Shown here in pieces: positions 11,936-24,345 of a stretch of 64,000 bases of DNA. The notes below the pieces were generated by a model. The model ran no database searches and was not told the origin of the DNA. It saw nothing but the letters and a program-made list of their open reading frames with translations. Numbering within the stretch: the first letter of the stretch is position 1; the number at the start of each line of letters is the position of its first letter. The stretch spans positions 7,752,001-7,816,000 of the forward strand of contig NC_045698.1 of NCBI RefSeq assembly GCF_009834535.1, given 5' to 3'. The translations under genes were made by a program, and so were the position numbers. The stretch is from Camelus ferus. Its lineage: Eukaryota.

Positions 11936-14479
11936 TACAGAGGAGGGCACGTAGAACGGGAGGGCAGAAGAACCAGGCTGGAGTCTGTCTCTCTAGCTTC
12001 TTAAGGTGACTGAGGACAAACCCTTACCCTCCTTGAACCCCGATTTCCCCAGCGCTGGGGCTAACTTTACCCACCCTGCCCCCGACAGCAGGGCTGAGGA
12101 CACCAACGAGGAACTTGAGGTGCTGTTTTTGTCGTCATCAGTAATAATTTGAATACTGGTCAACGAAACACCAATCCCTCTGTTTCAAGATTATGAACAA
12201 AAATCCTATTGCCAGCAGGACACCATTAAATATGCTATTTTTCTTTATCAGTACAGGATGTACTGGTGGCCGTTCAGTAGGCTTTTTGGAGCGTTTAAGC
12301 ACTTAACTCTTAAAATGATATCTGTGACCTGCCAACCCCAAACATAAAAACCAAGTATTGCCCAACTAGAAGGGGACCAAATTGCCAACTCTTTTGAACC
12401 CTTATTTCCCACTATTGGTTGTTTCTTCTAGGAGTCCTTAAGCTTGAGAATTCATTGAAATTGAGACTTGGGTGGCAGGTAGTCATGCGGGGAGTGTCAC
12501 AGCTGAGTGGCCCCTGGACTGCCTTTCTGCTGAGACAGGGAAAGCCTGGCTCACAGCTCTTGCCCTGGCCACCCTCTTGCTCGGCCGTGCCTCCAGGGCT
12601 GTTGCTTTATTTTCAGATCTCTTGTCTTTCGCCTTGGCCCAGAGATCCCTCTGAAACTGGTTTCCCTTGGGGAATCACTTCTTCTCTAGAATGAATCTCT
12701 ATCCATCCTCCTCTGCAAAGCCTGAGGTCCAGCTTTGACACCGAAACTAAATGGACCCCAGGACATCCCTCTTGGTTAAAATTTTCAAGCTGGCCTGATA
12801 CTGAGAGGCTGTGAGGTGACTTTTGACCCAGGAAAGTTCTAAAAACAAAAGCCACCAGGGACAGCCGAACGTGCTCCCATGGGCAGAGGATCCAGATCAC
12901 AGATACTGTTTACAAGGTCGTCTCCAGACCCACCCAACTAGAAGGGGACCAAACTGCCAACTCTTTTGAATGGTTAGGATGGTCTTACGTCACTGAATTC
13001 CCAAGAGGGAAAGCTGCAGGTAGAGTCAAAGCTTACTCCAATCAGAGTCCAAAATAAGTCAAATGCTTTATCTCTTCTCCCCGAGTCACTGGAGTATTAT
13101 AATGATTCCTGGGAGATTTTTTTAGGTTAAAAAATTTTCTCTTTCATGGACATTTAAAAAATGTTTCTTGGTATTAGGATGGAGTTGCCTGCCCAGTTGC
13201 CCCCTTCCCTTTGCTGGACCAGCTCAGGGAATGATGACGGTGCTGAGCTCTGGCCACGGGGCTCAGCTCTGTCAGGAGCCTGCCTGTAAGGTGTCCCCTG
13301 TGCTGACAAGTGGCTCAGAGCTTGTCCTCCATCCAGACTTGGTCTCAGCACATTCGCCTGGGACACTATGGCCTTGATGTTTCACACTGAGGTGGAGCTG
13401 AGAACATTCTGGGGCATCCTGGGAAGAAGGCGGTGCTCACCCTCACGGCAGGGAGGCCGTCTTAGTGCATTGATGCCAATGTTCTTAAATGCTCAGAATA
13501 GGCTGGGGTAAAAAGGATGTGCCTCTTGGAACCATTATGGACTGTCCTTGAAGTCTAGATTGCAAGCAGTCCTTTGGAATCTACTGCAGCCACACTGTGG
13601 GATGCCAGGACCCTGGGCCACACCAGGGTGCTTCTTCACTGCCAGCAGTAGTGGGATCCCCTGGAGAGAGAGACTGATGTAGAACAGGAGGGTTCTGGTG
13701 ATGAGCTTCTCTTAATCTATGGAAACTAAAGACCCATCTTACACTCTTGGATGCAAAACCAGGGTCCTGTGACATCCTGGCAATGTCTGTAAGAGCTTGA
13801 GATGATTGGCTCCCTGTACCTGACATTTGCTAAAAGAAAAAGCATTGGTTTCCATGATTAGGGTCGGCATTTCCATTTTCCTTTATGTCTGGGCAGGCAC
13901 GTGGACCTCTGAATAGCTGGGGGCCACCCCCAGGGACCTCCTGTCTAGAGCTCATGCCCCTGTTTATGTATTCACTGGCTTCTCTGCTTTTAGCAAAACA
14001 CCAGAACTGTGTCCTCCCCCTTCCTCCCTTAGAAATAGTCCTGTACCAGTCATTCCACCTGCTACAAGGGAGTTTCTTTCCTTTTCAAAGATGCTGCCCT
14101 GCTGGGTGGCAAGAACTGTTCAGGAACAGCACATTTCCCTTCCGTGTTTACTTTCATCTTTTCACTGCGATCAAACAAACAGCTTCCAGGTTTATCTTTT
14201 CAGTACAACTTTCCTGACGTACGGCGGAAATCTACAGCACCTGCAGAAGCCAGTCCTGGTAACAGTGATCAGGAGTCAACGGTTATAAAGAACGTCAGTC
14301 TTTCTGGGATGACCGCCATGGGGAAGGAAAAGCATGAAGTGGTCGATCAATAAAGGCGCAGAGGCTGTGCCCTTTTGCTTTTATGGTTCCTGTAGAACCA
14401 CAAGGAAAATGAGCCTTCTACGAATATTTGCTGAATATAACATACACACAAACACAGATCGATCCTTTAAGTATCTACT

Positions 14480-14670
14480 GGCCGGGGCCCCTCACGTGTG
14501 AATGTGCACACAAATCACCCAGACATCTTGATAAAATGCCTCTCTGATGGAGAAGACCCTGAAAGGGTTAGGGTTAGGGTTAGGGGTCAGTGAAGCATCT
14601 CTTCTGCGTTTCTAACAAGCCCCCAGGTGATTTTGTCGCTGCTGGTTCCGCCACTAGCCTGGGCAGCGAG
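14480..14670. mobile_element. Degenerate MER5-like element with an internal (TTAGGG)3
   Basis: aaatcacccagacatcttgataaaatgc ... ttctgcgtttctaacaagcccccaggtgattttgtcgctgctggttcc. Confidence 0.65.
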
Positions 14671-15084
14671 GCACAGCGCGATGCCTTCTGTTCTGTAGTT
14701 CACGCTGAGCTCGGTGTGTCTGCTTTATTGGTAATTGCCGTGGATAATGCATGCTCTCTTCCGAATGAGGACTAGCTGGGTTACAGGAGCTACTTGATCC
14801 ATGTCTAGTTATTACACAACCTGTCTAGTAACCAGCATCTTACATTTGTAAATCTGGGGCTTTCTTTCAGGTTTTGCATCCCAGTAGAAAACTTGCTCTC
14901 TACCAACAGATACAGCACATGGTTGTGGTGAAATCAAAGACTGTTGTCAAATTTGAGGCTGTTCTGATGACTGCCACTGACCACGCGTACGCTGTGTCAC
15001 ATGTGAGCCAAGAGCAGCAGGCAATGCTATTTTTTCAGGTTTTCACATGTTAAATAGAAGCCCCGAGATATTTCACATGAGTCA

Positions 15085-15243
<159 letters not shown>

Positions 15244-16229
15244 TCAAGGGAGGAAGGATGGTTCTCGGAGCCTCGTGGACCATGCCACGTGGAAGCAATG
15301 CCCTGGCCCCGAACACGTCATTCTACATACAGAGATTAAGAAAGGAGAACAGTTATTCTATAAAATTCCCTGAACGTGTCTGCCTCTTGCAGTAATGTTC
15401 AGCTCATAGACAGGGTCAGGGCAGGTGCAGCGGACAGATGGTCATCCTGCCGGCTCCACTACCTTCTTTGCTGGTGAAAACTGAGGGATAATAAAAGCTT
15501 GTCCCCTGCATTGAAGCATGCAGGCATCCGGACTAGCCGCTTAGTTTTTAGCTGGAGAAGGACAAGGATGAAATTTCTAATTTGGGCACACAGAAGTGCT
15601 TGATTATCTCTGAGACAGTTCATTTCTCAAAGGCCTGAAGGATGGGCAGGAAGCAGCGCCTGCCTTTGCCCTGCGTGTCTGGGTGGCTGCAACTTTGGAA
15701 TCCTGTTCAGCACAGAGACGGAAGCCCCCCACTCTGTCCCGTGACCATCCCGGGGTCTGGAGGAAAGGAAGGAAGGTCTCCTCTAGTTGCCAGCAGCTTC
15801 CAAAGTCCTGGGAAAGGTGCCCGCCTGCCAGCGTTCTCGCCTGTAGCCCTCAAGCCTCCTGCAGTAGGCCCAGAGGGAGGGCCAGGGCAAGACTCCCGCA
15901 TAGCTGCTTAAAGGTCATGGTTTAAGAAAGCCCTGGAAAATACTGTCGAGTGTCATCGGGTCTAAAACACTCTAAATATCAAGAAAAGCTTCTTGTTTGC
16001 TTCCAGTATCTATGGGATCATGAAATAGGAGAACACACCATCTATTCTCACACAGATACAGGCCACTCTAGACACCAAGTCAGTATAATCTCTCATTCCA
16101 CCCATGATTGTTATTAAAAGCACATCATAGCTGGGCAGTAAAACTCCTTTTGGGAAATTTTGCTTAGAACAGAGAACTGAGAGCCCATTTTCCACTTAAA
16201 AGACCCCTCTTGCAGACTCTGGCTGTAAG

Positions 16230-16968
16230 CACATCATTTCTGTCTCCGCATTACTGTGGAAACTCCCATCCCTTGCCTGGGCCACCACCGTACAGTCCTC
16301 CTCAACAGCCTGGCTTCCACGCTGCCCAACCCCGACCCTCCGTCGATCTCATTCCCAACAGTTGAGTGATCATCTCTTTAGACAGACTGGATTATGCCCC
16401 TCCAGTGCCCTGCCCACTGTGATTATGGTAAAAGTCAAGCTCCCGTTACGGTCCCTGAGGCTCTGTGGGATCGGGCCTCTGCCTAACTTCCTGCGGCATC
16501 TCGGGTTCTTCTTCCCTCGTGCAGGGAGCTCTGGCTGTGCTGGCCCTCCTTCCTGGCTTGAGCGTCCAAGTTCGCTTCACCGCAGGGACAGTGGACTTGG
16601 CTGATTCTTCTGCCTGGAACTTGCTTCCTCGGACTCTGGACTGCCTCTCCTTGCTGGTATTCGAGTTTCAGCTCAAATGTCTCCCCTTTGACCATGTTAG
16701 TTAGGGTAACCCCGCCCACCTGGCGCCCTTTACCTCGTTGCCCTGTTTATTTCCTCCATCACATTCAATGCCTGGTGCTGTTACCTTCAGCGAGTTTGTT
16801 CTATTGTTTACCGTGTGTGTTACCCCACTTCACCTACGAGACAAGCAGCTCCATGAGGATGGAGACTGGCGTGTCCTGCCGCCTCTGCAGGCTTCCCCAG
16901 CACCTGGGACAGCGCCCGGGGGGTGCTCAGAGTGAGTGCTTTACTTGCTGAGTGAATGAATGAATGAG
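16230..16968 (+). mobile_element. L2 LINE 3' portion
   Basis: ttcttctgcctggaac...tttcagctcaaatgtc...agctccatgaggatggagac...ccccagcacctgggacag..., ending gagtgaatgaatgaatga (the L2 3' tail). Confidence 0.8.
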
Positions 16969-18254
16969 TCAGCCTTAGAAAAATCTGCCTTCAGAACTAG
17001 AATTCTAATGCTGATGGAAGATGTCACTTCAAGGACAAGGTGAAGTGTTTTCCACGTTACTCAGAATAACATGCATTTTTTTTTGATAGAATGTGATCAT
17101 AGCCTTGGCCTCCCTCCCCGTCGTGCTTGTGGCTTCTGAGGTAAAAATGTTTCTGCTGGAAGTTCTCTCCTCCTGCTCTTTGGTGCACTTCGCCTATTTA
17201 AAGGAGACTGTGGAGCTGAGATTGAACCTGTGGCCTTTGCAGACACAGGAAGCTGATGTCTTCACGGATGCTCTGCCCCCTGTATGTCTGCCCTAAGAGT
17301 AGACTCATAGAGAAATGCCTTTCTGTTTTCGTATAGGCCCCAATTTCCGACTGAATCAACATACTGAAGATTAAAATGGCTTTAAAAGGCCTAAGAGAGA
17401 CACTGACAAAAACAGAATAGACCACTGGGTGGAAAGGCATTTGGGAAGCTCGGCTGGGAGGGCAAAATCCCCGGGTGAATTTTCAAGTCAGGCTGTGGAG
17501 CTCCCGGGCTCACACGCCCTCCTGTCACACGTGCTTCTGAACACATCGTGTTCCTGGGGAATCACGACCTCCAGAAGCACTGTAACAGCTCTGCATGCCT
17601 GAATGAACAGCTGATGCGGGCTTTCTGAGGACTCCTCGGCTGCAGAGAAACGCTAAGGAGAGAAGACATTTTAAGAGACTCCATCTAAGCTAGAAAGTGA
17701 ATACAGAAAAGACTGGTGGGGGCGGGGGGGGGGGGAAGCCTGGAATAAAAATCTCAAAAGATCTGCATTTCTAAGAGCTCAAGAAGGAGATTATGACCCA
17801 AGCAAGGACCTGCTTTTTACTTCAAAGCTTCTGCAAGTTGCATTCTGAGGGCGAAAGTTTCTCATGGTTTTCCCACAGCAGAGGGAGTGCTTCCTTTGGG
17901 GGAAACGGTAGGCCATCCTCTGATGCCTGAGAAGCAAGGAAGATGGCAATTTTTCAGCTATTTTTCAATGTGCTGAGCTTTAAGTGTCCCCTGTTATTGG
18001 TGAGTGAGGAAAAGTACTGCTTTTGATGCGGAAGTCAGAAGAAATTTGAGCTGAGAGTAAACGCTTGAATCATGGGCGTTTGCTGAAGTGCTGCAGAGTA
18101 GGGGCTGCAATCCATCATTTTCACTCCCATGTGGAATGTCGGCTTCCACTCGGCTTGGCTGCGGACTTACTCATACTGCCGCAGAAGGGGGCAAACACAC
18201 CCACCGGTCTCACCGCCAATACCCTTATCTCTGCCACCCGCACTCCCAATACCC

Positions 18255-18610
18255 CTCCCATCAACACCTCCTCCATCACCACCTCCATCACCACCACCAT
18301 CACCTCCTCCATCACCTCCACCATCACCTCCTCCATCACCACCACCATCACCTCCATCACCACCACCATCACCTCCATCACCACCACCATCTCCTCCATC
18401 ACCACCACTATCACAATCACCACCACCATCACCTCCACCACCATCACCTCCATCAGCACCACCTCCATCCTCCATCACCACCACTATCACAATCACCACC
18501 ACCATCACCTCCACCACCATCACCTCCATCAGCACCACCATCAATCCACCACCATCATCTCCTCCATCACCAGCACCAGCCCCATCACCAGCACCACCAG
18601 CACCATCACT
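18255..18610. repeat. Complex trinucleotide repeat (CAC/CAT/CTC)n
   Basis: ~350 bp of caccaccatcacctccat units; produces poly-T/H/P and poly-G/V ORFs in all frames. Confidence 0.95.
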
Positions 18611-20673
18611 GTGAGAATGACAACTAACTTTTACACGGAACTCGTCAGCTTACAGGGAATCTTCCTGTATAAAAATATTATTCAGTAACAATCTCAGTGT
18701 TCTTCTAAGCTTGCCACGTGACTGATAGTGGAGTTTTGAATTGCATGTTGAAGTAAGTTAGAGAAAAGCATTTAAACCTCTAAGTAAGTTTGAAAAAATT
18801 ACACAGATCTCAATATGGGGGCTGTCAAGGTCCCTTCCATTTACTAGGAAGATTAAACATCTGGAAACATGCTAGATTTTACTTTTTATTTTGTGATGCG
18901 TGTAGGGCCTGATCATGTAGCATCGGAACTATTTCAGCATAAACACACCCACACTGAAAAGCCTCCTGAATAATTCTACTTGGTAAGAGAGTTACAGAGA
19001 AAAGATAAACTTAAATAATAACAATACAGTCTATTTCACAATTACTCTTGTAATTATATTTTCAATTTCTCTTCCCAGCCTGCCGGTGATGTGGCCACCT
19101 AGGGCGTTAATAATCGAGAAATGAACGGGTCAGGTGAATTTGGTGTCACCATGGCTCCGGAATAATCAGTACAAATTGGATTCTAAACGGCTCAACACTA
19201 GGGACTCGTCATTCAGATTCATAACCTTCTTTGTTCGTGTTCGTCTGCAACGGGGGGCAACATTTACGGGGGAACTAGAACCCGAGCATGAGAGCCCTAA
19301 GGTGTGTCCCACACGATGAGCTCAGCTTTCCCACAGGCATGGGGTGAGGCGTTGCCTGGTGGAGGGAGTGTGCACTGAGCTGGGGGTGGGGACCACAAGC
19401 ACCTGTTTGCAATGTTTCTCTTTATGCAGCCAGGTAGAGGCACCACGGAAAACACTGCCTCCGAGGTCAACACAGTTACCATTAGAGAAATGTATCCTAG
19501 ACATCCTGGGACTGGAAGGCGTCTTAATGTATCACCCAGTTTGTCCGTTTTGCTTCCCTGCAGGTCTACGTCTAAACAATATCAGAGAAATGCACTTTCT
19601 GCCTTTAAGATTCTCCTGATAAGAGGGTCTCGGTGTCGTTAAGGTTTGTACCCCTTATGCACCCCAGTTTTATGAATGCCCTAATCTGGTCCTGTTCTGT
19701 TAAAGTCCTCATGGCCTATTTTTCAGGCAGGGCCCATCTCCACATCCCTGTGGCAAAGGAGGGTGTGGCGTCCCCCATCAGAGGTCCTGACAGTTCTGGC
19801 GGCTGCTTTCAAGGTGTAATTCCCCCTACATCAACACCGCCAGGCCCTGCTTCTCGGAGGAGGGGCAAGCCAGGATGGGAGGGAGGAGTGTGGGGAGCCT
19901 GGAGGGGATGATGAGTGTGGACATCGAGCCCCACCCCAAGGAGAGCTGCGGAGAGTGTGAGGAGAGCCGAGGGCAAGGCTGGCTATCAGGCATGCTGGGC
20001 TGGGCACGCTCAGTGGCAAGGGTACCAGTTTTGGCCTCCATAGAATCCCAGCTGATAAGAAAGGAGAGGCAATGGGTGTGTGTGAGGAGGGGAGGATGAA
20101 GGGCATGAAAGGTCAATGGCTCCTCGGGGAAACTGAGGTCTGCGTTTCTAATGAATCTTCCAGGGAGTTAGTCTGTCAAGGCAAAAGGTTGGTTTCATGT
20201 CAAGAGGAGAAAACATCTCAATAGCAGGTCTACGAATTTCCTGAAACCCTCTTGCCTGGCTCCTCTCCCCTCTTTTTCTCATCCTCTTTCTCTTCCCCCT
20301 TCCTAATGGGCAAAGCATGGTTCCACAGCACCTGCTGCCCTGGGTTACGCCAATGAAGACGAAATCTCTGGTGACCTCTTCCTCTAACTTGAGAGACTGT
20401 CATGAGCCGGGCAAAGGAGAAGGAAAGGGGCAGGGAAAGAAAGACTGGGGAGAAAGTGCACGTAGAGAACATTTCCTCTTGGCAATTTCAGGAATCAGAC
20501 GCTCCACTGTGACACCGCTGGCTTCATCCCCTCATCTCCAGTCCCTGGGCATCTTGGCCGTCAGCCCTAAGAGCTGCCAAGCACGGCTGAAGCCCCAGGT
20601 GCCAGCCCTCCGCCCTGTCCCAGGTCAGGTCACCAGCTCGGAGGAGGACCGACCCGCACACGGCTGAGCTCAC

Positions 20674-20805
20674 CTGTCATGGTGTCTTTCCTGGAAGTGT
20701 GTTCTCCTTTAGGTCCGTGGTAAGTGGCGTTGCTGCCAGTGGACTCATAGTCCGTTTTCCTTTCTTTGAGGCTGATCATTTCCCGAGGTGAAGCTGGGGC
20801 ACTTG
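20674..20805 (-). CDS. CTNND2: Delta-catenin coding exon (132 nt)
   Basis: Translated by hand (not in the ORF track): (A)[43 protein letters not shown]. Acceptor ttctttatgtag|CA, donor ACAG|gtgagc; phase 1 to phase 1. Confidence 0.96.
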
Positions 20806-22526
20806 CTACATAAAGAAATCGAAAGGGTGACTCTCAGCATCTCATGCCATGGCACGCGGAGCTTTTCAAACAAACAGGTAAAGTCAGAAGGGCACCTGGC
20901 TCGGCAAATATCACCATGCGTACACGCACCTGCCAGGTTTCACCTTTGTTCCTTTGCCCCTGGTCTTTCCCATCCTGCCCTTCCTCCATGTCACCTGGAG
21001 CTTTATAGTTAAGGGGACACACACTTGGAGGCAGGGAATAAGTACGGGCTGTATCCTGGGACCATCTGCCTTAGACAGACATCCTTGCGGGCATGTGACC
21101 CACTCAAGGTGTACGGGACAGTTTTAAGAATGAGATTCATCTTGGTTTCTGTGTTTCTCTTTCTCTCTTTTCTTTCCTTTCCCCTCCCTCCCTTTTTTTT
21201 CCTTCTTTCCTTCTTCTTTCCTTCTTTAAACTTTCGATATGTTTCAGAGGTGCTATTACGGATATCGAAGAACCTCTGATTAAAAGAGATGCAGCTTTAC
21301 TTAAATATTGATTCTCGCTGAAACTGCCCTAAAGGAAGGCAGAGGAAGCAAGTCTCCCCCAGAGAAGGATTTGTGGGGCCAAAATCACCCTGTCTGCCAA
21401 GGTCTCCCTTAGCCTACAGGGGATGGGCCGGGGGCATGCCCTTCTCCTGAGGCATATCCTCGCCCCAACTCAAATGCCCCAGCCATCTCTCACACACGCC
21501 TCGCACCCTGGCCACTCGCTGCCTGTCGGACCTGGGGAATGAGCCCATTCAACCCTCTGTGTTTTCATTTCTAAAATGATGGGTCGTAATTAGAGGATTC
21601 CCCTGGGAGTTCCATGATTCTTTAATAAACTGGCCCCAGAACAGAGAAAAATCTGAACTTGGAGGTAAGGAAGCAAACGAAAAGAGGTCTGGTTTTCTTA
21701 AAAGAGTGGGTGGGTCGGGAGCAAGTCAACAGCCCTGCCAACGCAGGTGTCGGGGGAAGCGAGGGGAAGCGTGTGCGCGCAGTGGGGCGGCGAGCCATGC
21801 GGCCCTCCCGCTGCTGTCCTTACACTCCCCGCCGGGCTCCTCAGGGATGCCTCCACATCCCGAGCTTGGCCAACTGCACCTCTCTCAGTCTGAGCTTGGG
21901 CGTGGTTCCCTTCTGCCCCAAGCCCTCCCCAGCTTCCGTGCTTCATGAACTCATGTAACCTTTAGACTCACCTGAGAACCTGGGGATTTCAAAATCCCAT
22001 CCCAGACCGTCTGAATCTGAATTTTCAGTGGATGGGCCTCGTAGTCCAAGCATCCTTGGTGATTATTAAGGCTGGGCAATCTCTGGGGAACTCTAATTTT
22101 TAGGATAAAGCTCTCTTCCCTTTGTTAGTACCCAAGCCCCTCCGATCACGCCTCGGTTTACCTTTCAGCTCATCGCTCACCCCCTGGGCGGGGTCCCCGG
22201 CTCCAGCCCCTCGGCCTGCTCACTCCCTGCCTGAGCCACTGGATCCATGTCATCAAACTTAGCATCTTCTACGTGCAGAGCCCCGTGCCAGGCAGCGGGG
22301 ACGGAAACACGGGTCACAGCACACTTGCTGAACTTGAGAAGCTCTTAATCGGGTGAGGAAATGAAGCCAGAATAAAAGGCGGGCGGCTCAGTGGATGTCA
22401 CAGCCAAGTGCTGGGACGGTAACAGAGGGGCCTTTGCCCATCCTTTCCTGAAAGGACCCCTGCCCACCTCTCAGACCTGTCCAGTGAAATCGAGGCCCAC
22501 TGCTCAGCTCTTGAAACCCTTGGAGG

Positions 22527-22645
22527 CTTCCAATCCTGGCTGCCCTTCAGAATTAATCACCTGGAATACTTAAAAAATATACTGACGCTTGAACCACGCC
22601 CCCTTCCTGTTCTAACCAGTTGGACCAGAAACTCTGGGTGTAAAT
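22527..22645. mobile_element. MER5-family fragment
   Basis: ttccaatcctggctgc...aatcacctggaatacttaaaaaatatactgacgc. Confidence 0.5.
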
Positions 22646-23689
22646 CCAATGGGAAGACAGGGAAGAAGCCTGCAGTTGCTCCACGTGACTCAGCTGGGCC
22701 TGGCTTCGGTTCCGTGTGTCTCAGAACATGGGCTGCGCCTCGCTCCCTCCACCCTCTGCCCCGTCTCCTCTCTTGTCTCTCCATCCTCCTCTCCAGGGAA
22801 GGTCCCCTCCTGCCCCCGCTCCTCTGCTCCTAGGTCTTCTGTGTAGGGCTGGCCCTTTAGGAGTCGCTGCCAGGCAGTCACGAAAGGTACAACATTTTGG
22901 AGCCTGTTGACCAAAGCTGTTAAAGTTGGAACCTGATCTGGCACAGATGGTGGGGCTCACTAAGCTGTGTCGCGTGTGGAATTATCTCCTGAGACCTCAC
23001 GCGCGGGGGTCCGAGTCTCCGGTAAACCAGGATGCTACTCCTGGAAAAATCAAGCCACGCAAGAGCCTCAGGTGTCTGTGATGCGCCTCGCCCAGGAACC
23101 AGCAGGCAGCGCCCCAGCCGCGTGGCGGGGGTGCTGACAGCCTGAAACGGGGCTGCTTCTCCTTCTGGGTGTCCTCCAGCTTTCCATCATTCCGTCTTCC
23201 TAACACTGACTGGTTCTTCATAACTGGAGCTTTGAAAAAGACACCATCCTTGTGTTTCCCAGACTCACTGCTCTTTATCTTTTGAAGAATTACGGAGATA
23301 AGGTGTATAAAGGCCCCTCCACGCCGCTGAGGCAGGTGGAGGTTTCTCCAAGTACTTGGGGGGGGGGGCGGTCCTAGTTCTCGTTCAGTGTGGGGCCAAA
23401 TGTTTCAAGCAATGATAACACCACACTACAGATAAAAGCTTTCATGGGGCCGGGAGAGTGCCACTTATTTCAGTCAAATATCATCATTCACATTTCATTC
23501 CCCCATCGTTCCGACAGTAAAGCATGGTGTCAAGGTTTATGACAAACGTCCTCCAAGGCAGACAGGCCAGACTGCGGGGCGTCTTCTGTACCATGTCCTC
23601 TAAGATGCAGTTCCAGAAAATACTGTTTCCTCTGCAGGAGGAGGACAGCGGGGAGCAAGGAGAAACCTTCCTGAAATCAAAGCCTCTGT

Positions 23690-23691
<2 letters not shown>

Positions 23692-23729
<38 letters not shown>
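23692..23729. repeat. (GT)19 microsatellite
   Basis: Perfect GT run. Confidence 0.95.
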
Positions 23730-23733
<4 letters not shown>

Positions 23734-23990
23734 ATACATATATTTATCCATCCTTCCTTCTCATAGTAAAAACCAAAATGCAGACATCAAAAGAAGAGTT
23801 TTAAAAACTTACACATTAAATAAAATAACAATAAAATCCATGCCACTTGTGTGCTCAATGACATGCTCATATTTTGCCTTTCATTATTTGTTTAATCTTT
23901 GCTATTACATAATGTGACTGGAAAAGGGTGTAAAAATAAGGTATCTTTACAAGTAGATAACAAAAGTTAGTTCAAAATTTAAGCAATGAT

Positions 23991-24112
23991 GGGGGAGGGT
24001 GTAGCTCAAGTGTAGAGTGTGCATGTAGCATGCACAAGGTCCTGGGTTCAACCCCCAGTCCCTCCATTTAAAAATAAATAAATAAACAGACCTAATTACC
24101 ACCCCCTCAAAA
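23991..24112 (+). mobile_element. tRNA-derived SINE of the camelid Vic-1 type
   Basis: gggggagggtgtagctcaagtgtagag (A box) ... ggtcctgggttcaacccccag (B box) ... aaataaataaataaac..cctaattaccacccc plus A-tail. Near-TSD aaaattt(t)aagcaatga on both sides. Confidence 0.85.
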
Positions 24113-24149
24113 AAAATTTTAAGCAATGAGACAAGGGAAGAGGGGCAAC

Positions 24150-24345
24150 ATAAGGGCAGGGGGTTAGGAGGTATAAACTATTATGTATAAAATAAGCCAC
24201 AAGAATATATTGCACAACATGGAATATAGTTAATATTCTCTAACAACTATTAACGGAGTATGATCTTTAAAAACTGTGAATCACTATATTGTGCACTTGT
24301 AACATACAATATTTTACATCAACTATACTTCAATTCAAATTTTTT
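24150..24345 (+). mobile_element. 5'-truncated L1 3' end
   Basis: gaggtataaactattatgtataaaataagccacaag...ctttaaaaactgtgaatcactatattgt...catcaactatacttcaatt. Confidence 0.85.

Noticed and set aside
12361..12970. 38-bp direct repeats as a CRISPR-like array
   Set aside because: Only two copies with a 534-bp gap, in a mammalian intron with no cas genes.
14535..14600. Possible TERC-derived sequence next to the telomeric repeat
   Set aside because: Only a short, gapped resemblance to recalled TERC sequence; not supportable without an alignment.
18065..18688. Mucin-, extensin-, His-rich and Gly-rich ORFs
   Set aside because: Open in nearly all frames because of the (CAC/CAT)n repeat; no gene structure.
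23991..24066. tRNA-like A and B boxes
   Set aside because: Has a SINE tail, A-rich end and TSD, and the cloverleaf is degenerate; a SINE rather than a tRNA gene.
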